The notes beneath the pieces are model-generated. The model saw only the letters and a list, made by a program, of their open reading frames with translations. It made no database searches and was not told where the DNA came from. A DNA stretch of 64,000 nt. It comes from an uncultured Gammaproteobacteria bacterium. GTDB taxonomy: Bacteria > Patescibacteriota > Microgenomatia > Woykebacterales > RBG-16-39-9b. The translations under genes were made by a program, and so were the position numbers. Of this stretch, positions 10,628 through 19,960 are shown in pieces (position 1 is the stretch's first letter; every line of letters begins with the position of its first letter). Location: contig OZ246414.1 of assembly GCA_965231125.1 (NCBI GenBank), positions 576,137 to 640,136 of the forward strand, written 5' to 3'.

Positions 10628-10785
10628 AGTTGACTCCTTTCGTCATAAATAACGCTCATGATTGCCAATCTAATTACCATCCTTCGATAAACTCAGGATC
10701 GATAAACAAATTGGCAATCACAAGATTTAGGGTTTTCAACTGAATATTTTGTAAAGAGCTTAAGAAGTACAAACAAAGTTTGTAC

Positions 10786-10802
10786 TTCCTCCTAAGAAAA
10801 CC
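10786..10802. repeat. 17-mer TTCCTCCTAAGAAAACC (copy 1), preceded by hairpin AAGTACAAAC-AAAG-TTTGTACTT
   Basis: Exact 17-nt match to 12694-12710. A related CCTTAAGAAAACC occurs at 10197-10209. Confidence 0.6.
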
Positions 10803-10862
10803 TTGGTTCGACTTACTCACCATGAACCAGATTTGCTTAGGAATTCCCGAGAGGTTTCTGCG

Positions 10863-11108
10863 CTAACTCTCGGGATTCGGAGTGCTCTGTTCGACAATCC
10901 TCCAAGCGATTTTGAATGCTGGGCTGTTGTCATACTCTCCTACCGGAAGCCTTTTGACTTCTGGTAGGGTCCTGATCAACAACCAGACTTTTCTATACGC
11001 TTCGGAGAACATGCCGCCTTTTGACGCCTCCAGTACTTGCGGGTTTTCTACTAGAGAAGCTAAAACCGCTCCTTCCCGCTCAGTAAGGTGGAACGCTGTC
11101 ACGTTCAA
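10863..11108 (-). CDS. hypothetical protein
   Basis: 81-aa ORF with no recognised domain, in the GC-richer patch. Confidence 0.3.
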   Translation of the reverse strand: MNVTAFHLTEREGAVLASLVENPQVLEASKGGMFSEAYRKVWLLIRTLPEVKRLPVGEYDNSPAFKIAWRIVEQSTPNPES

Positions 11109-11384
11109 CCTCCTTTCTACCTATAATAGTCGCTTAACAAAAAGCGTCTAGTGAATACTTCGACAAGCTCATCATTCATCAACCGCCTTTATTTGGCAGT
11201 TTTACACTTCATATTATATCACAAATCCAACCGAAAGTCAAATCCTATAAGATATTATGAAAGTTTCAGACTACCGTCTTCAGGTTCAAATATCTTGCGC
11301 TTGAGCAATAGTTATCACTATTATTCTCAAGCTAAGGTCAAGTTAATTGAAGTCAAAGAGGAGTTCTGATATAATTACGCACGT

Positions 11385-11461
11385 GCGGGAGTAGCTCAGT
11401 TGGCTAGAGTGTCTCCCTTCCAAGGAGAAGGTCGCGGGTTCGAATCCCGTCTCCCGCTCCA
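11385..11461 (+). tRNA. tRNA-Gly (anticodon UCC)
   Basis: Fold: GCGGGAG acceptor, anticodon stem TCTCC/GGAGA with loop CTTCCAA, T-arm GCGGGTTCGAATCCCGT, CCA encoded. Confidence 0.85.
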
Positions 11462-11474
11462 AATTATTTAACTT

Positions 11475-11551
11475 GCGCCCATAGCTCAGCGGATTAGAGC
11501 GCGTGGCTTCGGACCACGAGGTCGGGGGTTCGAATCCCTCTGGGCGTGCCA
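11475..11551 (+). tRNA. tRNA-Arg (anticodon UCG)
   Basis: Fold: GCGCCCA acceptor, anticodon stem CGTGG/CCACG with loop CTTCGGA, T-arm GGGGGTTCGAATCCCTC, CCA encoded. Confidence 0.85.
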
Positions 11552-11552
11552 T

Positions 11553-11628
11553 GGTGGTGGTAGCTCAATGGTAGAGCATCAGTTTGTGGAACTGAATGTT
11601 GCGGGTTCGATCCCCGTCCACCACCCCA
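11553..11628 (+). tRNA. tRNA-His (anticodon GUG) with encoded G-1
   Basis: Acceptor GTGGTGG/CCACCAC with an extra 5' G pairing with discriminator C. Anticodon stem TCAGT/ACTGA with loop TTGTGGA. CCA encoded. Confidence 0.85.
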
Positions 11629-11746
11629 CCGAGTCAAATTCGGTTATTTATTGATATAGCAATATAGTTACCACATTAAAGAACATTATTAAAGAACATT
11701 GAATTTTAATCTTTTAATGTGTATAAGATTTAAGATTGTTGTAGTT

Positions 11747-11938
11747 ATGGAAAACGTTACTCTAGAAAAAGAGGTTGAGCTTTTGCGATCCTTCGTAATA
11801 GGTATTGCTGGAAAGGATAAAGAAGGCGAATACAAACCGGAATTTGTTGATAGAGTTTTCCGTGCATTAAAAGAGAAACCAGAATTTAAGTTTACTGGTT
11901 CTAAACCTTTTCTCCACCAATTAGATAAAACCCCTTGA
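11747..11938 (+). CDS. small hypothetical protein
   Basis: 63-aa ORF starting MENVTLEKEVELL, located upstream of the TA pair. No recognised domain. Confidence 0.3.
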   Translation: MENVTLEKEVELLRSFVIGIAGKDKEGEYKPEFVDRVFRALKEKPEFKFTGSKPFLHQLDKTP

Positions 11939-11973
11939 CTTTTGGGTATTACTGAGTAATAATTAAAGAACAT

Positions 11974-12201
11974 ATGTCTAGATCAACTTCAATATTAAAC
12001 ATTTCTATCAGCCAAGAAGAAGAAGCTCAAATAGAGGAGCTTGCTAAAAGCCAGTCCACAACTAAAAGTGGGTTGATACGTGAGGCTTTACGAGTCTACC
12101 GACTCAATAAAAACCTCGACATTATAAGAGATATTGGCAATAGAACCTCAGCTGCTATGGGAATCGATTCTTTTGAGGATATTGAGAGAATTGCTGGGTA
12201 A
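11974..12201 (+). CDS. ribbon-helix-helix (CopG/Arc-like) antitoxin
   Basis: 75 aa with an RHH-like segment KSGLIREALRVY. Its stop overlaps the start of the downstream PIN gene (TAATG). Confidence 0.6.
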   Translation: MSRSTSILNISISQEEEAQIEELAKSQSTTKSGLIREALRVYRLNKNLDIIRDIGNRTSAAMGIDSFEDIERIAG

Positions 12202-12623
12202 TGAGAGTTGTTTTAGATACGAACGTACTAATTGCAGCTGCTCTAAAAGGTAGTCTTTCTGATCAAATCTTAAGGCTTGCCGCTAGTCGTCACCTTTATC
12301 TTATCGTCTCCGAGGAAATTCTTACAGAGTTAGCTGAAAAACTTTCATCTAAATTTGCTTGGAAAGAAGAAGAAGTTTCTCTTTATATTGAAACCTTACG
12401 TGAAATCTCAGAAATTGTTACCCCTTCTGAAAAGATAGATGTAATTTCAAACGATCCTGATGACAATAAGATTCTTGAGGCTGCTTTGAAAGGAAAGGCA
12501 GAACTGATTGTCTCAATTGATCAAGACCTTATTAAACTTAAAAACTACAAGGAAATTGGTATAGTACATCCCAAAACACTAACTTGGATACTTCCTAAAT
12601 TGTTTGAGAATAATAAAAAATAA
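12201..12623 (+). CDS. PIN-domain toxin (VapC-like)
   Basis: N-terminal VLDTNVLIAA and conserved acidic positions typical of PIN nucleases. Overlapping operon with the RHH gene. Confidence 0.7.
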   Translation: MRVVLDTNVLIAAALKGSLSDQILRLAASRHLYLIVSEEILTELAEKLSSKFAWKEEEVSLYIETLREISEIVTPSEKIDVISNDPDDNKILEAALKGKAELIVSIDQDLIKLKNYKEIGIVHPKTLTWILPKLFENNKK

Positions 12624-12648
12624 GCCCAACGCAAAGATATTTATCGTT

Positions 12649-12690
12649 AAAAGAAAAACGACCCCTCGCAACTTTAGTGAAGTGGGGTCG
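12649..12690 (-). terminator. intrinsic terminator (minus strand)
   Basis: GC stem CGACCCC...GGGGTCG followed, on the minus strand, by TTTTTCTTTT. Confidence 0.5.
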
Positions 12691-12693
12691 CAT

Positions 12694-12710
12694 TTCCTCC
12701 TAAGAAAACC
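12694..12710. repeat. 17-mer TTCCTCCTAAGAAAACC (copy 2)
   Basis: Exact match to 10786-10802. On the minus strand it reads GGTTTTCTTAGGAGGAA, an SD-like sequence followed by ATG. Confidence 0.6.
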
Positions 12711-13332
12711 CCCGCCAGAGATCCACTTAGGAACTAGGCACCGAATTGACACAATTCTGTCAGTATCGGTGCCATGTTGCCCTACCTTTTCATTTTAGTA
12801 TCGGTCGGCGTTGATGAGCCCTTGAGGGCTGAACTCTTAGCTCCATTTCTTGGAATACTCACTACTAATCCTGTAGCCAGTCCATGAGGTGGGTCTTGAT
12901 CTGGACTTCCAGTCCACCACCGCCAATTGCGATACTTGATCTGAAGCAGCTCGGTTTTGTTAACCTTTCCCTTCTTCCTGCTAGTCATTGGATTCCCACC
13001 TTTCTCCTAACCAGGTTTATCTTAGTAGCTGAATCAGTTTTAGCCAATTATACCAAATTATTTCCTAATTCGCTTTCCTCTCTTACCTTTATTGAAAATT
13101 TCAGTAGCTTGGTATAGGATTTATTAGTTGAAGGTCCTGGAACTGGGTACGAACTTTGTCTATCCAGTGATCCCAGGTTTTTAGCCTTAAATTTTACTAC
13201 CCCAGATAGAAACTAAGGTCTTGAGGGTACACATCTTGACAGAACAGTAAAAAGATGTTACGTTTGGGAAAGTTTTCCTGCCCTAAGACTTTCTACTTAA
13301 TTTAGTTCCTGCCTAGTTCTTACAATATAATA

Positions 13333-16300
13333 ATGTTAACAACGACTAAAATTAAGCCTACAATTAGATTTCTACTTCTAACGTTAATAATTTCAGCTGT
13401 AACTCTTATCTTTCTCAATCCTATTTCTACTCTTTCAGCTCCTCCTCCTCCTTCTCCTAATCCTGCTAAATTTGCCCAGTGCGCCAACAAGAATCCGACG
13501 GCTGGCGCATGCGATTGGATTGGATCCATTCTTCAGGCCAGTAACTCCTCATATTTCGAAGGCATGTCAGTCCCTCAACGAATTTTCGATGGTGGATTTG
13601 GCAATGGAGCGCACACTATTGCTTTCAGTTATTCTTACACAAAGGGGGGGATTCATGCCTACGATTTCATTACCGGCAAGAATCAGGGTAATGGAAGTTT
13701 TACTCCGGGCATTACCACTTTCAATGACTGTCAGGGTTTGACCGGGGCGAATCTGACTTCTTGCACCGCTTTAATTGGTACTCTGGGAACTCTTGTACCT
13801 ATACCTAGTGATTCTTTTGATAGCAAGGACAGTGCTCCCGGTACTGGTGCTGGCTCTAGTCAAACCGCAAAAGAAACTGCGTATGGAGCAAGAAGCATTA
13901 GTGTATACAATCAAGGAACCATAAGTTTGACGAGCATCAGTGCTATTACGCACAATGTTGCGGCAGATGGTGATACTGGAGACAGTGATGCAACACTAAC
14001 CCTCAATTTCACTTTAGCCGGTTGTCCGAGTGGTCCAGGGGACCCTGGTTGTGACATACTGATCTATTTCGATGGCCACTTAGCAGTCGGTGGAACCGAT
14101 AACACTACGGGTGTTAACTGGGGACCTGGCAAGGGGTCTTCAAATATCAGTGGTGGGCCATACCATATAAAAGATGTAAATCTTGATGGCGGCGGCGGTA
14201 GTTTAGACAACCAAATCAAGGGTGCAGATATTCTTGTTTCCCCAGATTCCCCGACAGTGACGACAGCCATTCATAACGACGGCAACCACACAACCGATGT
14301 ACAAAATACAACCATTGCTTTAGGTTCCACGATTCATGACAGGGCTACGGTTGATAACACCGGTGGCGCCAATGGTACACCAACTGGTACCGCAACCTTC
14401 CAATTTTTCAACAACGGGGATTGCTCTGGAAATCCAGCAGACACATCAGGCGCCCTTACCCTCTCTAGTGGAGCAGTAGATGCAACAGGATTTTCCAAGG
14501 GACCCCTCGGATCAGGTTCGTACTCTTTCAAAGCACACTATACGAGTAGTGATACAACAAAATGGAATAGTGCCGACGGCTTATGCGAACACGTCACGGT
14601 TAACAAGTCGCAACTGGCAATGGAAAGTAAAGTTCACAACACAAGCCACGTTGATAAAACCAACAGCTCCGTCCCATTAGGATCGATCATGCATGATACC
14701 GCCAAGATCACCGGTGGAGCAGTTGGCGGCTTCACTCCAAGTGCAATTACCTTTAAGTTCTATACTAATAATGAGTGCTCAGGAGATGGTACTAGCGTGA
14801 CGAACACTGGAGATGATGAGGGCGATGCGACACGCGATCGTTCAGCTGCATCAGCTGCTCTAGGCGCTGGTTCCTATTCTTATAAAGCCTTCGTCGCTGG
14901 TGACAACAATTACCTAGGCACCGACAGTGACTGTGAGCCCTTTACTGTCGACAAAGCCCAACTCACCGTTACCACGAATGTACACGATGCTGGCCACGCA
15001 GACATTACGAGTGGCAACGTGCCATTAGGCTCGGTCCTTCATGACACTGCAACCGTTACCGGTGGTGTTGGAGGCTTCACGGTTCCTACTCCTACCTTTA
15101 CCTTAACAACCAACTACAATGGTGACACCTGCGACCAAGGTGATGCGGTCGCAAACGATGGAACTGAAAGCGGTGCTACCAAGTCTGCCGACAGTGCTAC
15201 TTTAGGTGCCGGCACTTATGCGTACCGTGCTAGCGTCGCGGGCAACGACAACTACATTGGTGACGACTCCGACTGTGAACCATTTACTGTTAACCAAGGA
15301 ACACTAATTTTATCTACCACAGTCCACACTGATAATCCCGATGAAGCTTTGGTAGGAAACGCCTCTCTTGGGGCAAGTCTGCACGACTCGGCTTCGGTCG
15401 GCGGAATAAATGCCGATTTTGCTCCAGCTAACCCTGTTACATTCAAGTTCTACAATAATAGTGACTGTTCTGGAGAAGGCACTAGCGCTGGCTCGCATGC
15501 CATTGACACTGGGACTGGTATTGCTCATCCTTCCGATAGCCAAGGTCCACTGGCAGCAGGACCACATGCTTTCCGTGCTTTCTACGATGGCTCTACTGAT
15601 CCCAACTACGGTCCGGATTCTCTGAAGAGCGGTTGTGAACCTTTCACTGTAGATAAAGCGGACACCACTGCTACAACACACGTGCACAACGCAAGTCATC
15701 AGGACATTACTAATACGGCTGTTTCCCTTGGATCAAAAGTTCATGACAATGCTTCAGTAGGTGACCAGGTCGGTAGTTTCGTTATAACTGGAGATATAAC
15801 TTATCATTTCTACACTAACGGTAACTGCCCTGATGAATCATTTTCCGATGAGACTGTTGCAGTCGGTAGTGAATCCAGCGAAACCAGTGCCTTAGGAGCT
15901 GGTGATTATGCTTACCTAGCAGAATACAGTGGTGATAATAATTACAAAGGATCAACTGGGAAATGTGAACCGTTTTCGGTTGACAAATCTCAACTTGAGA
16001 TGGAAAGTAAAGTACACGATTCAGATCATAATGTGGTAACTTCGGCGCCACTTGGATCTATCGCCCATGACACATCGAAACTTACAGGTGGGGTGGTAGA
16101 TGGTTTCACTCCGCCGTCTATTACTTTTAAATTCTATACAAGCGGTACATGTGATGGTAATGGCACCAGTGTAAATAACGCCGGTGCAGATGGAGGCGAC
16201 GCGACTCGCGACCGTTCGGATGCCTCTTCGTCTCTAGGAGCCGGTTCCTACTCCTACCGAGCCTTTGTTGCTGGAGATAATAATTATCTTGGTACAGACA

Positions 16301-18495
16301 GCGGTTGTGAACCTCTTGAAGTCAATCAGGCCACTCCTCAAATTGTGACTGAAATTCATGATGTTTCCGAAGCAATGGTCACCTCAGTCTCACTTGGTAC
16401 AACCGTTCACGACAAAGCCACTGTTACAGGTATTGGAGCAACCGGTTTTGAACCTAGTGGTAATGTTGCCTTTACTTTCTATAACAATGAGGATTGCAAA
16501 GAGGAAGGTTCCGCGGCCGGCACGGTCGCTCTTGATGGAGCAGATCCGGGAACAGCTCATCCGTCCGATCCAGAAGGACCTCTTGCTGCTGGCTCCTATT
16601 CGTTCCAGGCGCACTACGTCGGTGATGATAATTACAAGGAGGCAACTAGCGATTGCGAACCTCTGACCGTAAACAAAGCCCGACTCACTGTTGAAACAAT
16701 AATCCACAACGCATCCCATGATCCGGTTACCTCAGTTCCTCTTGGATCAGTAGTTCACGATACAGCAACAGTCACTGGTGGAGTAGATGGTTTTGCAACT
16801 CCAGGAGTAAGTTTCACTTTCACGAGCAACTATACCAATGATTGTTCTCAGGGAACTCCAGTATCCAACGACGGCACCGATCCTGGTAATGGTGGAGTTA
16901 AGTCAGCTGACAGCGCGGCTTTAGCTGCTGGTGATTATGCTTACCGAGCCAGTGCCGCAAGTGACGAAAACTATATTGGTGACGATTCCGACTGTGAACC
17001 ACTGGCCGTAAATAGGTCTGACACGTCTACTGTCACAGAGGTTCATGATTCGAATCACAACGATATTACTGGTAAATCAGTGCCGCTTGGTTCAATTGTT
17101 CACGACAGTGCAACAGTAGAAACTCAAGTAGATAGTATCGCCATAACAGGAACAGTTAACTACCGCTTTTACACCGACGGCAACTGTGAAGGAAATTTCA
17201 CTGTCAAATCACCGGTAAATGTAGGTGACGAATCAAGCCTAACTAGCGCTCTGGCGGCCGGCTCGTATTCTTACCTAGCAGAATACAGTGGTGATGGCAA
17301 CTACAATTCCTCAACTGGGAAATGTGAACCGTTTTCGGTTGACAAGTCTCAACTTAAGATGGAAAGCAAGGCCCACGATTCAAGCCACAATGACATCACC
17401 AACAGCTCGGTAGCGCTTGGTTCTGTTGTCCACGACACGGCCAAGGTAACCGGTGGAGTAGTCGGTGGGTTTACTCCTCCAGCTATTACGTTTAAATTTT
17501 ATTCCAACGGGAACTGTTCGGACGGTTCTGACGTATCGAATACTGGAGCTGATGGGGGAGACGCGAGCCGCGATCGCTCAGCAGCTTCGTCTGCTCTGGG
17601 CGCTGGTTCTTACTCCTACAAGGCTTTTGTAGCCGACGACAACAACTATCTTGGAACCGACAGCGGCTGCGAACCGTTTACGGTTAACCAAGCCCAGCTG
17701 ACAGTCACCTCCCATGTCCACGACAGCAATGATACAAATATAACTAACAGTTCTGTCGTAGCCGGCTCTATTGTCCACGATCAAGCCTCGGTTAGTGGCG
17801 GTGTTGGTGGTTTTGCGACTCCTACCATCACCTTTACTTTCTTTACTAATGGAACCTGCACGCCCACTGGTTCTGCTGTTAACAATATCGGCACTGATTC
17901 GGGCGGCTCTCGTTCCGCTGACAGTAGCCCCCTAACAGTTGGCAACTATTCCTACAAAGCCAGTATCGCCGGCAACGATAATTACGTTGGTGACGACAGC
18001 GATTGTGAGCCGTTCTCAGTAACCCAACCAGCAACACGGACCCTCGGCTTCTGGCAGACGCACACTGCTTACACCACCTCTGTCTTCAATGCGGCCCCAC
18101 TTAGTGGCTCAATGCTAATTGGAAATGGAGGATCACACAAAGGGCCGGTGGACACTATTGGTAAAATATTCGGTGCTTTCTACTCGAGCATTCCAAAGAA
18201 GACTGATGGCTCAAAACGAACTGACCTTGATAAGGCGCGCATGCAGCTCTTACAACAACTTGTTGCCGCGAAACTCAACTGTGCAGCCTTCGGATGCTCA
18301 GCGGCCACGACTTCTATAATCGCTACCGCTGATGCCGTCTATGCTAGCGGCCCAGCGAGTGCGATTCTTGCCTCTGCAAGCGCCCTCGACGCTTACAACA
18401 ACAGCGGCGACAGTGTACCGGTTGGTGGTACGGGTTCAGCTACCCCAGGCACGTCACAATCTCTTGCCGACAAAGGCTTCTGGAACGCTCCATAA
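13333..18495 (+). CDS. giant secreted/surface tandem-repeat protein (~12 Ig-like repeats of ~115 aa with a conserved Cys pair and CEPF(T/S)V motif)
   Basis: 1720 aa. N-terminal hydrophobic signal anchor followed by a PPPPSPNP linker. Repeats contain HD(T/S)A(T/K)VTGG...F(K/T)FY.N..C...LGAGSYSYKA...NY.G.DS.CEPF.V. The C-terminal ~160 aa form a distinct non-repeat domain. Some repeat pairs share near-identical DNA. Confidence 0.7.
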   Translation: MLTTTKIKPTIRFLLLTLIISAVTLIFLNPISTLSAPPPPSPNPAKFAQCANKNPTAGACDWIGSILQASNSSYFEGMSVPQRIFDGGFGNGAHTIAFSYSYTKGGIHAYDFITGKNQGNGSFTPGITTFNDCQGLTGANLTSCTALIGTLGTLVPIPSDSFDSKDSAPGTGAGSSQTAKETAYGARSISVYNQGTISLTSISAITHNVAADGDTGDSDATLTLNFTLAGCPSGPGDPGCDILIYFDGHLAVGGTDNTTGVNWGPGKGSSNISGGPYHIKDVNLDGGGGSLDNQIKGADILVSPDSPTVTTAIHNDGNHTTDVQNTTIALGSTIHDRATVDNTGGANGTPTGTATFQFFNNGDCSGNPADTSGALTLSSGAVDATGFSKGPLGSGSYSFKAHYTSSDTTKWNSADGLCEHVTVNKSQLAMESKVHNTSHVDKTNSSVPLGSIMHDTAKITGGAVGGFTPSAITFKFYTNNECSGDGTSVTNTGDDEGDATRDRSAASAALGAGSYSYKAFVAGDNNYLGTDSDCEPFTVDKAQLTVTTNVHDAGHADITSGNVPLGSVLHDTATVTGGVGGFTVPTPTFTLTTNYNGDTCDQGDAVANDGTESGATKSADSATLGAGTYAYRASVAGNDNYIGDDSDCEPFTVNQGTLILSTTVHTDNPDEALVGNASLGASLHDSASVGGINADFAPANPVTFKFYNNSDCSGEGTSAGSHAIDTGTGIAHPSDSQGPLAAGPHAFRAFYDGSTDPNYGPDSLKSGCEPFTVDKADTTATTHVHNASHQDITNTAVSLGSKVHDNASVGDQVGSFVITGDITYHFYTNGNCPDESFSDETVAVGSESSETSALGAGDYAYLAEYSGDNNYKGSTGKCEPFSVDKSQLEMESKVHDSDHNVVTSAPLGSIAHDTSKLTGGVVDGFTPPSITFKFYTSGTCDGNGTSVNNAGADGGDATRDRSDASSSLGAGSYSYRAFVAGDNNYLGTDSGCEPLEVNQATPQIVTEIHDVSEAMVTSVSLGTTVHDKATVTGIGATGFEPSGNVAFTFYNNEDCKEEGSAAGTVALDGADPGTAHPSDPEGPLAAGSYSFQAHYVGDDNYKEATSDCEPLTVNKARLTVETIIHNASHDPVTSVPLGSVVHDTATVTGGVDGFATPGVSFTFTSNYTNDCSQGTPVSNDGTDPGNGGVKSADSAALAAGDYAYRASAASDENYIGDDSDCEPLAVNRSDTSTVTEVHDSNHNDITGKSVPLGSIVHDSATVETQVDSIAITGTVNYRFYTDGNCEGNFTVKSPVNVGDESSLTSALAAGSYSYLAEYSGDGNYNSSTGKCEPFSVDKSQLKMESKAHDSSHNDITNSSVALGSVVHDTAKVTGGVVGGFTPPAITFKFYSNGNCSDGSDVSNTGADGGDASRDRSAASSALGAGSYSYKAFVADDNNYLGTDSGCEPFTVNQAQLTVTSHVHDSNDTNITNSSVVAGSIVHDQASVSGGVGGFATPTITFTFFTNGTCTPTGSAVNNIGTDSGGSRSADSSPLTVGNYSYKASIAGNDNYVGDDSDCEPFSVTQPATRTLGFWQTHTAYTTSVFNAAPLSGSMLIGNGGSHKGPVDTIGKIFGAFYSSIPKKTDGSKRTDLDKARMQLLQQLVAAKLNCAAFGCSAATTSIIATADAVYASGPASAILASASALDAYNNSGDSVPVGGTGSATPGTSQSLADKGFWNAP

Positions 18496-18511
18496 ATTGA
18501 AGGCGTGGGTT

Positions 18512-19084
18512 TTAAGTCAAATTTGTTTGGGAAATATCGGAGAGGAGAACACCTTCAACTATTAGTCCTTTGGGTCCCAGTTCGGCTTCCAAAAGCTCCT
18601 TAATCTTTCTTTCTGCGTCGTGCCGAGCCGTAGAATTTAACTCTTGATAAGTAAACTCACTTGTCGCGGTGCGGACACGGCTTCGGGAAACTGGTCGGAT
18701 GATTTTTGATACAAAATGCTCGCCAATATTTTCCCAAAGCCCCACAATACTATCTTTATTTATCCGCACTAAAATTGTGCCTTCGATAGTTATACTAATG
18801 TTGTCCCGTGTGGTCCCGGTAATTGGGTCGTCTCCTAAAAACTCTTTGTTTTCGTCAGCGTTAAAATCCTGCCGAATAGTGTACTCAAGAGTTTGCGAGT
18901 TAAAAATTTTTGCTTTTTGCCAGAAGGGGATTTTGAAATGCAAACCAGGGCCCCAGGTGTGCCTTAGCACCCCTCGGCCGCGGTCGTACACAGTGGCGAT
19001 GTGCCCCGGGGCAACGTCAACAAAAAAGCCGCCAGCGACTTCATCTACCAAAAAAGAGATAACTAATTTATCAAATGATGCCAT
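18512..19084 (-). CDS. SPFH/band-7 (prohibitin/flotillin-like) domain protein
   Basis: 190 aa with an SPFH-like core. Lies directly downstream of yidC on the minus strand. Confidence 0.55.
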   Translation of the reverse strand: MASFDKLVISFLVDEVAGGFFVDVAPGHIATVYDRGRGVLRHTWGPGLHFKIPFWQKAKIFNSQTLEYTIRQDFNADENKEFLGDDPITGTTRDNISITIEGTILVRINKDSIVGLWENIGEHFVSKIIRPVSRSRVRTATSEFTYQELNSTARHDAERKIKELLEAELGPKGLIVEGVLLSDISQTNLT

Positions 19085-19788
19085 CAGGATTTAGGGTGAG
19101 CCAAATGCATAGTTGCCTTTATAGCGAGGGAAAACAGCACCGACGTAGCGATAAACACAGCTTTTGCACTTGGCAGTAACATGAGCATTATAAAACTAAT
19201 TATCGGTAAAATCAACGGATCCCATTTTTGGGACAGGCTTTGGGGGGCGGGGATATGTTTTTTTTCATTATACTCCCAGACTCTCTCAATTAATAAAACT
19301 CCGGATCCTAAAAGACTAAGCAACAAGGCCGGTTGGGCCAAATTAAATCCAAAGAAATTTGTGTTTATCGATGTCGGTGGCGCAACGAATCCATACAAAT
19401 CTTTGTAATCTGGGTGAGCTATTCCCACCTGAAAAATTTGGTATAGGGCAACCAAAAAAATAGCCTGCGCGAAAATCGGTATGGATTCGTAAAAAGGATT
19501 TATCCCAAGCGGGGAAGTGATACTGGAAATTTTTTGGTATTTTTCTTTTGAAGAAAGTTTTTGATCTGCCTCGATGCGGTCGATTTCCGGTTGAACTTTT
19601 TCTAAAACGGCGTCCTGCTGATAACCGCGCAACGTAAAGTAAAGGAAGATAAAGCGGATGAGGATTGCAATTCCAATAATCGCTACTCCCAAATTGGGCC
19701 CAGGGCTAAGGTGGTACGAATAAATGACCAAATTGTAGGCTGGTTTATAGACAAATGTGTCCCAAATCGAAATAAAGAAACTTATCAT
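19084..19788 (-). CDS. yidC: membrane protein insertase YidC/Oxa1 family (short form)
   Basis: Has the conserved TM2 region and cytoplasmic loop (GVAIIGIAILIRFIFLYFTL...PEIDRIE...KISSI...GINPF) and multiple TM helices. Confidence 0.7.
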   Translation of the reverse strand: MISFFISIWDTFVYKPAYNLVIYSYHLSPGPNLGVAIIGIAILIRFIFLYFTLRGYQQDAVLEKVQPEIDRIEADQKLSSKEKYQKISSITSPLGINPFYESIPIFAQAIFLVALYQIFQVGIAHPDYKDLYGFVAPPTSINTNFFGFNLAQPALLLSLLGSGVLLIERVWEYNEKKHIPAPQSLSQKWDPLILPIISFIMLMLLPSAKAVFIATSVLFSLAIKATMHLAHPKS

Positions 19789-19883
19789 AAAAGCTGTTTG
19801 CTATTCGAAGTCTCTAAAATCTTATCACAAGTTGGATCGGCGCGGAAGTTCACGACTAGACCATCTTAGTCAAATTAAAGTAG

Positions 19884-19960
19884 GTGGTCGGGGACCGCGG
19901 ACTCGAACCGCGGACCTCTCGCTCCCAAAGCGAGCGCTCTAGCCAACTGAGCTAGTCCCC
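19884..19960 (-). tRNA. tRNA-Pro (anticodon UGG)
   Basis: Fold: CGGGGAC/GTCCCCG acceptor, anticodon stem CTCGC/GCGAG with loop TTTGGGA, T-arm CGCGGTTCGAGTCCGCG, CCA encoded. Confidence 0.85.

Noticed and set aside
11343-11552. 69-aa ORF antisense to the tRNA-Gly/Arg cluster; similarly 31099-31302 (+), 31468-31746 (-) and 44305-44526 (-) across tRNAs
   Set aside because: The sequence is fully explained by the tRNA genes. These are translation artefacts of structured RNA genes.
13472-18319. Numerous short ORFs overlapping the giant repeat-protein gene on either strand (for example 15310-15699, 16390-16719)
   Set aside because: Alternate-frame or antisense translations of a repetitive, GC-biased coding region. 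The long frame with periodic conserved motifs is clearly the real gene.
13333-18495. Possible CRISPR array suggested by regular ~345-bp periodicity
   Set aside because: The periodicity is a protein-coding tandem repeat with a continuous ORF and variable repeat sequence, not short identical direct repeats with unique spacers. No cas genes are present in the window.
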